This document shows, in pieces, positions 57,151 through 64,000 of a stretch of DNA of 64,000 nt. Source of the DNA: Euglena gracilis. Its lineage: Eukaryota. Position 1 is the stretch's first letter. Each line of letters starts with the position of its first letter. Position numbers and translations under genes: made by a program. The stretch is taken from the NCBI GenBank assembly GCA_039621445.1, contig CP154954.1, forward strand, positions 14,054,387 through 14,118,386, written 5' to 3'. The notes beneath the pieces are model-generated. The model made no database searches and was not told the DNA's origin. It was given only the letters and a program-made list of their open reading frames with translations.

Positions 57151-58465
57151 AACAGTGTACGTCCAAGGACTTCCCTTTGACCCCTTTCGCCCCGGAAAAG
57201 CCTGTTTCGCTTTTTCCTGGTGCGCACCTACTTAGGTGACTAAAAATCCTTGGAGTAACAAAACCCTTTTTCCCAATTCACCTATGCTAAGGCAGAGCAC
57301 AAGACAAGTCGCTGTGTAAGGATTTTCCTTCACAGTCGTGTTCAGTCCTTTCACAGGTTTATCCTCTTACTTCAAAACAGTCAGAATGTGAAGAATATAA
57401 TACCACCTGTGAGGAAAAGAGATCACGCAGGCACGTGTGATACGTGTCGCTAAATCCCATAGGATCTGCCACGATCGTCAGCCTGTGTTCATCACAGCCG
57501 TCAGATTGTGACGGATCCAGACTCCGTAGGTTTCCTACAGAGCTGGGATCGTGCCTGGTACACATCCCCCTCCCAGGGCTATGCCCGATTTCCTTCTTGG
57601 ACCAGGTTATCCCAGGTCCCGTCCGGATTTCGAACACAGTCCTGATCGGGTTCTGCTTTCCAGAACACGGATCTCTTTTCTCCACAGGGGCGTAACCCAA
57701 AAACCCGAAAACGCGCAAAAGGTTACCGCTTATCGCGGTTACCTATTAGCCGTTTCGGCTTAGGGGTGCGAAAAAGCCCACTGTGGGAAACGGGGCTGGC
57801 AGGTTTCCTGTCAAAGTGTCCCATCCACCCACTTTGGGTGTGCCAAAGGCACGCGAGGTTGGTCAAGCGTATTCGCTGAAAACCCGAGGGGAGAGGTGTG
57901 GAAGGGGGGGGGCAGGCTCCTATCCTGGTCATACCCGGATAGGGCTCCTAGGCGGTCATATCCGCACTAGGAAACAAAAGCCTACTTACAAAACCGACTG
58001 CCGGCGACAGCTTTGCGGGGGTGGGGGGAAAGTAGGGAGGAGAGGGGGGGGCTGGCTTAGGCCAGAACAGAATTTTTGCTGTCTGGCAGCCTTAAGGGGC
58101 CTTAGGGCCGAAAAGTGACAAGTTGGCCTATTATTACGGCGTGCGCGCTGTGTGCTGTGTGTCACTTAGCGGCTTGCCAGGATTCCCGGCTGCCAAGGTC
58201 TTCACAGCAGTAGCTCCTTCACGACGCAATAAGAGGCGATTACCTCTTGCAGACAGTTTCCGTCCGCATGGCCATTGATAGCGGGGTGGTGGCGGGGGGG
58301 GGGGGGCTCTTGGATGCTTCCATCCAGAGCGCAGAGTGACAGACCCAGGTTCATCCCAGGGCTGTTTAGCGATTTCCGCTACCACTGTATATATATATAG
58401 TATATGGGTGTCCAGGCTCCATGAAGGCACTTACCTTACATGAGTCTGGTAATGCCGTTTCGGCA

Positions 58466-61400
58466 TTACATCCGTTCCAGCTGCCAATAATCATGGCGGG
58501 AGTCCAAGGGATCTTCCACAAGGACCATCTGGAATTGTGGTGGTGGTCGCCTATCTACAAGCCAGGTTTCTGGCGATTCGTATTCGAAATCAGGTACCAC
58601 CCAGTCCCGAACCCATCCTTCGGGGACTGTCTGCTTGGTTGCGCTCGCTCTTTCCGCGAGGAACCACTGCAGCTTCTCCCAGAATTTCCTGGGCAGAGTG
58701 CCTCGCCAGATGAAGTAATTCATCCGTGGATGGTTGGCTGACACCTGCGGGGCATTCCCCTGGTGGAAGTCAATTGGCATGTGATATGCGCACTCCGCGC
58801 GGACTGTATGGGGTCGTAATACGGCCCCAAGCCAGTCTTTTCAGGTCGTCCGGTGGTTTTCGGGTGGCCATTGTGGCAGACACCAGCGACCGTTTCGGTC
58901 CTGGGTTTGGAACAGGCGAAAAAGTATCTTTTCCCTGTCTGCTGTCTCCCAGAGGTAAGGTAATCTTACCCCTGCTTCCTCAGCCGCGAGGCGTATCGCC
59001 CCACTGTCGATCTGCCACCCACGGGCCATTCCCGTGTGGCGGTAGTCGTCAAGCTTGAGGTTGGAGTACTTGAAAAAATCCTTGTACTTTTTGTGCAAGG
59101 TGGATTATTCCTCCAGTGGCTTCTGGGCACTTGGCACGATTGTGCGAACTGCGCCTTCCGCAGTTTGCCAGAAGGTACCTCGAAGGCAATTGACGCAGAG
59201 TATCGGTACATTCGTACCGTCTTGCTCGGTGTAGCTAAAATTGTGCTTGTGGGTCCAACTGTCCACGCACTTGGCGCATACCAAGGCGGTACAGTTGGGG
59301 ATGTATACATCCTTGTGGAACGATTTCCGATCCACAGGGTTGCACACATGGACGAGGGGTATTCCCAGGTCAGGTGCACTGTTATACATTTTGTGGCATA
59401 CAGTGCAAAGCCACACAAAACGGTTTTCCGTTGTCTTGTCGATGAGGAATTCCTCACCGAAGTATTGGGCCAAAACACGGGGGGATCTGGAATTGTAATA
59501 ATTCCAGGTCACGTTCTGATCAAAGGACCATTTTCGGCCCTGACAGAACAGTGGCTCAATCCACCGGTTGAGGAATTGCTGTGTCCTCAGTTTGTGGTCG
59601 ATCATCATGTACCTGTTTTTCAGGTCATGAATCTCAGGATCATCCTGACTGACCGCATTCCAGTAGATGATAACTTCGTCTTCCGAAGGTGTCTCGGCTG
59701 TTGAGGCGCGGGATTTTCCCTGCCCCTTTGACGTAGGTTTCGGCAGTGAGGTTTTCCCATAGCCGGATGATGCGACGTGCGTGAATCCTTGTCCCGAGGT
59801 TGATCCCCGAGAAGAGGACGCAGCACTCTGGCCGCCAGCACCACCACCGCCTTTCGGTGGGGGCTGATCACCAGATTTCGGTGTGGGCTTACAAGGTGCG
59901 GCGCCCGGCTTTGATTTTGCCGGGGCCTTCGGACTTCCGGTTTCCGGAGCATCCGAGGGCCGCCGATCGGCGTCGCGCTTGCTTGCCCAGGTGCGTGGTG
60001 ACGCTTGGGACGGGGGTCTTCTCCCCGACACCGAGCGTCGTTGACCTTCATCAGGGGTTTCCCGAGCTGAGGGTCGTCCTACGCGTTCCCTCGCGGCTTC
60101 CGTGGGTTTCCCAGGGGCAGCCGTGGGGGATGGTGTGGGTGTAGGCTTGGCTGGCGCACTTCGCGCTGGTTGAGCCTGTGGTGGGGGCATGGACGTCCGC
60201 TCAGCCTGTTTTTCAGGCGCCGGTGTCCGTGTGCCTGAATGCTTTGGTGCAGTGGCGGTGGAAATGCGCTGAGGTGTGGGTGCATCCCGTGCCTCGGCTG
60301 CCGCTACCGGTGCGGATACAGGTTCATCCTGTACTGGCACGGCTGGTGTCGTCTCCACTGCCATGGCTGTCTGTTCGCCTTCTGTCCGTGTCGCTTCCGA
60401 CACCGGCGGTGGCGCCGCCGCTGGGGGAGGTTCATCCTCCACCATGGCTGTTGTGTCAGGTGTGTCTTCCACCGGTTGGGCAGTTTCCGGCGCAGCCGTG
60501 GAAGAACTAGCCGCAGTGCCACGTGGAGTGACAACTGCGATCAGGGACCGCAAACCACCGAGTACGCGTCCGCCCAGCGAGGTGCGCCGTTCAGGTTCTT
60601 CACCGGAAGTGGGCTCCTCCGCTGGCTCCTCTGTCAACGGCGTTTCCCCGGAAACAGGGAGCTTGAGGCGTAATACCTCAGGCGTGTGGGGTACCATCTC
60701 CGGCGGGTTTTCCCGCGGAGGGGTCGGTCCGCCCGGCGTACCCAGTGAGGATGGTGACGGTGGGACAGGTGTAATTTCGCCTGTCGGCGATCCTGGGCGC
60801 TGGGCAGTTTCTGCCACAGTGTCCAGCATCACGACGGATGGGCTACGGGTTTCCCGTGCCGGGAGTTCCGCTGGCTAAGGTTCATCCTCGGCCATGGGGA
60901 CCTCTTCCTCCTCCTCCTCCGCTTCCGGAGGGGAGTCCTCTGTGTGGAGTTGTGCTGCAGTACGCGGGTCTTTTCCGCTCCTGTAGCACCCTTGTGCGTC
61001 TGACAGGCGATAAAAGCTTATACTTTCACTCCTGTCAGAATTGGGGTATGGGGGTGGCCACGTCGCTCTCACCCAGCTTCCGGGTGGAGGTTGCGGCTCG
61101 TCGTCGTCGATCTGGCAGAGGTCTTCCCACTGCTGTCGACAATGCTCAGTCACGCCGTACTCTCCTAGTTCTTCCAGGAAAGCGGGCAGCGGCAACGCAT
61201 AACGAGGGACTTTCCCCTCGTGTGCCGCGAAAAAAGTCTGGAAATCTTCCCAGATCAGGATATTCCCGAACTGGGTGTCCAGGTGCTCCTGGAGACCGAT
61301 CTCGGCCTCTTCCCAGTCCGGTCGCAGGTTCATCCTGTGCTGGTCAGGGTCGTAGGGTCTGGGCGCCATCTCGGTGTATCCCCGAGGTAACCACCTTCTG

Positions 61401-63904
61401 TGGACATCCACATCGGTGGTCATGTATTCCAGGAAATAAATGTAGACCTCCAGGACGTAGGTAATCCACGCCCTGTGCCAGTACTGCTGCAGCAGAAATA
61501 TTTTCTGCCGGTGCTGTTTCAGCACCTTTCGGTCTTGCGTACCAAGATTGGGATTCCGGCACTGATGCAGGAGGAATCTCCTGGTCGGCTGGCTGCCGGT
61601 ATTCTCGGCAGACGGAGGCGGTTTTCCGCGTTCTCCGAAACCCCAGAAGTCAACAATGTGAACTTCTTTACAAAACTGGCATTCCAGTTTGTACCGCTGG
61701 GGGTACGCGAGGTCCACGTCCAGTACCTTGAACAGCATGCCATACATGCTGTCCAAGAATACTTGGAGATTGCTTGTGAACATTACCGCAGCCTGGGCCT
61801 GGAGTTTCTCCGGCAGGGGGTAATACTTCCACTGGATTCCCAGTGCTCCAACGGAATACGTGTGCGTGAAGATTTCCTTCAGTTGTGCGACGAACGTTTC
61901 GCCGTCTTCACAAGTATTCATACAATCGATGTACGTCAGACCGTTTCGGTCGGTAAAGATGCCGAAATTCTAGCAGGGGTATCCCAACCAGAACCACAGC
62001 TCCCAGAAACCGGGCATCCGGTCCAGGACAACTTCATTCGAATGAGGGTATCCCTCAAACGCATGAAGTTCGGCACTGTAGAAAAAACGTTTGCAGTGAT
62101 CGTTCATACGATTCTGCACCACTTCGAGCACCGCATCCGGTGGTCGGTGGATCACGTTGCCTGCCCTTGTGAACCTTTGGAGATCTTCGTCGATTTTCGG
62201 CCAGATCTCCTCCAGGTACTTGAACACGGAGGCTACGTCATAATCCTTCGTTTTCGAAGGTTCGGCGGCTTTTCCGCCCTTGCCTGCTGTCGGTCCGGCA
62301 GGTTTTCCGCCTTTGCCTGGAGTTGGCCAAGCGGCTTTTCCGCCTTTGCCAGGTGGGGCTTTCCCACCTTTCTCCTGGCCTTTGCCTTTCCCCTTCCCCT
62401 TCCCTTTACCTTTACCCTTACCCTTTGTGTTCGACAGCCATTCGAATGTTGCCCAGTAATCCCAGTATTCTGGGTCTTCTGGTGTAAACACAGGGTAAGT
62501 CACGGATTCCGTGCTTGGCGTTCGAGCAAATTCCTGCTCAGCGTCACCACGATGCGAGTAAACCGGTGCGACTGGGAATGGTCGGGTTTCCCGACGGGCC
62601 CGTTCTGCCGTCACGTCTGGCGCTGGCGGAGCTTCCTCCTCAGCGTTGACGTGCATCGCCGCGGGCGGATTTTCCGACCTCGGCGAGCGGCGCTGTGGCT
62701 GCGGCGTCAGATTTTCCGGGCCGCGGTCACGCTTGCCGGCGGCAGAGCTTGTGGGTCGTGCTGATGGCGCTTCCGCCACAGCAACATCCTGCTGTCGCGC
62801 TGGTTGACTTGATCGTGATGGAGCTGGGACTCCGGTGAGAGCCGACACAGCAGCATCATACTGCTGGCGCTCTTCTCGTGTCATTTCCGCCCGGGCAGGG
62901 TATTCTTGGCCGGCGGAAACAGGCGGACGACGTGCTATTTGTCGTTGGATTGTCACAGCATATTCATACTGTTGACTCTCCTCCTCAGTCTCGAACGGCC
63001 GGCCAGTCCACGGGTTAACGGGTTCATCCCGTTCCGGGGGAACTGGTGCCGCACGAGGCGCTACCGCGGCTTCCCGCGGACGAGCGCTTCGGGCAGAGTC
63101 AGACGTCGGGGGAGGGTTTCCCTCCGCAGGGCGTCGTGGGATAGGGTCAGGTATGGTTGGGTGGGGTTGAGGTGGATACACGTACTGATCCCGTGACATT
63201 GGCGCCTCCTGGGGGTAATCCCCAGAGACGGTGTACTGAGACACAGGCTCCTGCGCAGGATAATCCCTCCGGGGCATGCGCTCAGGGGATCGAAAAATAC
63301 TTTCTTTCACACGTGGGTGTTCACTCCGGACAGGTGCTTCCACTGTCTCTTCCTCGGGTAATCCGGGGGAGTGAGCACGAAAATGTGCGGTGTAAGTACC
63401 AACTGGTGGTACCTGCCGTGCTACCTGTGGCGGGACTTCCACGCCCAGGTCACGCATGGTAATGTCCGCCGCGAATCCCGACGCGTCCGGGTGGGTGTAA
63501 TACACCAAACCGGTCATCGTCGCCTGGGCGCACATACACCACAGGGCTGGAGGGGTATTCGCGATGGTCAAAATTTTACGGCAGTGGTCATCCCACAATG
63601 CCTGGGTGAGTTGGTCGGGTGCCGGGTTTGCGCTCATACGCATAACCCGGTTCATCGTCTCCGCTGTGCGGTGGATCATCACACCCGCGTACGGTGGGAG
63701 GCGACGGGAGCCTGATGGCTGAGATGGCCGCGCTTCCGCGGGCATCTGGGTCATCCTGCTACTGCTGCTGGCTTCAGGGTTTCCCTGAGCCGCAGTCCGT
63801 GCAGGTGGCTGCGTACCGTATCGGTACGCATACTGGTCAGGTTGAGGGTGAGTGGTGGGGTGGTAAGGCGGTCCTCCGCCTGGCTCCCTTCCACCGGGCA
63901 GCAT
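58466..63904 (-). pseudogene. Single 1813-codon reading frame with four internal stops; Pro/Ala-rich, (GK)n tract, Cys-rich Zn-binding segments; function unknown
   Basis: ORFs 63904-61970, 61921-60875, 60832-59105, 59098-58841 and 58780-58466 share one frame, and the gaps between them are open. Confidence 0.8.
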
Positions 63905-64000
63905 GATACCGCCCGGGGTCGGTACGGTGGGATAGGTAGGTTGTTGGTAACCGCTTGAGTATTATTTGCTAGAAAGTCTGCGGAAAGAAAGAATGATAAG

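Larger units (their letters stand above)
53300..57160 (+). mobile_element. Decayed DIRS-like tyrosine-recombinase retrotransposon; ends approximate
   Basis: Domain order is gag-like Q/G-rich region, RT, RNase H, methylase, tyrosine recombinase. Confidence 0.88.

Noticed and set aside
59036-62764. Plus-strand ORFs of 222 and 454 aa
   Set aside because: They are antisense shadows of the long minus-strand frame.

Overview
This window is eukaryotic nuclear DNA, almost certainly from a euglenid (Euglena-like). Short GC-rich exons are separated by a mix of GT-AG introns and euglenid nonconventional introns, whose ends base-pair (+4..+6 with -8..-6). From left to right it contains: (1) a 3.75-kb unclassified TIR transposon (2363-6110) nested inside a hAT-like MITE; (2) the 3' part of an mnmG/gidA gene, which I reassembled into 8 in-frame exons (6333-10253); (3) a long multi-exon gene or genes of unknown function ending in a WW domain (~11.8-41.3 kb), whose introns carry MITEs, microsatellites, a G-rich minisatellite and a 5 x ~479-bp tandem array; (4) a decayed DIRS-like retrotransposon (RT, RNase H, N6-adenine methylase, tyrosine recombinase; ~53.3-57.2 kb); (5) a 5.4-kb intronless minus-strand reading frame broken only by four in-frame stops. 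The most intriguing observation is that local CAG...CTG MITEs make 8-bp target duplications, while the nonconventional introns remove 3+5=8 nt outside their paired ends. That geometry would let such an insertion be spliced out without a scar. All homology calls are from memory of the protein families; no searches were run.
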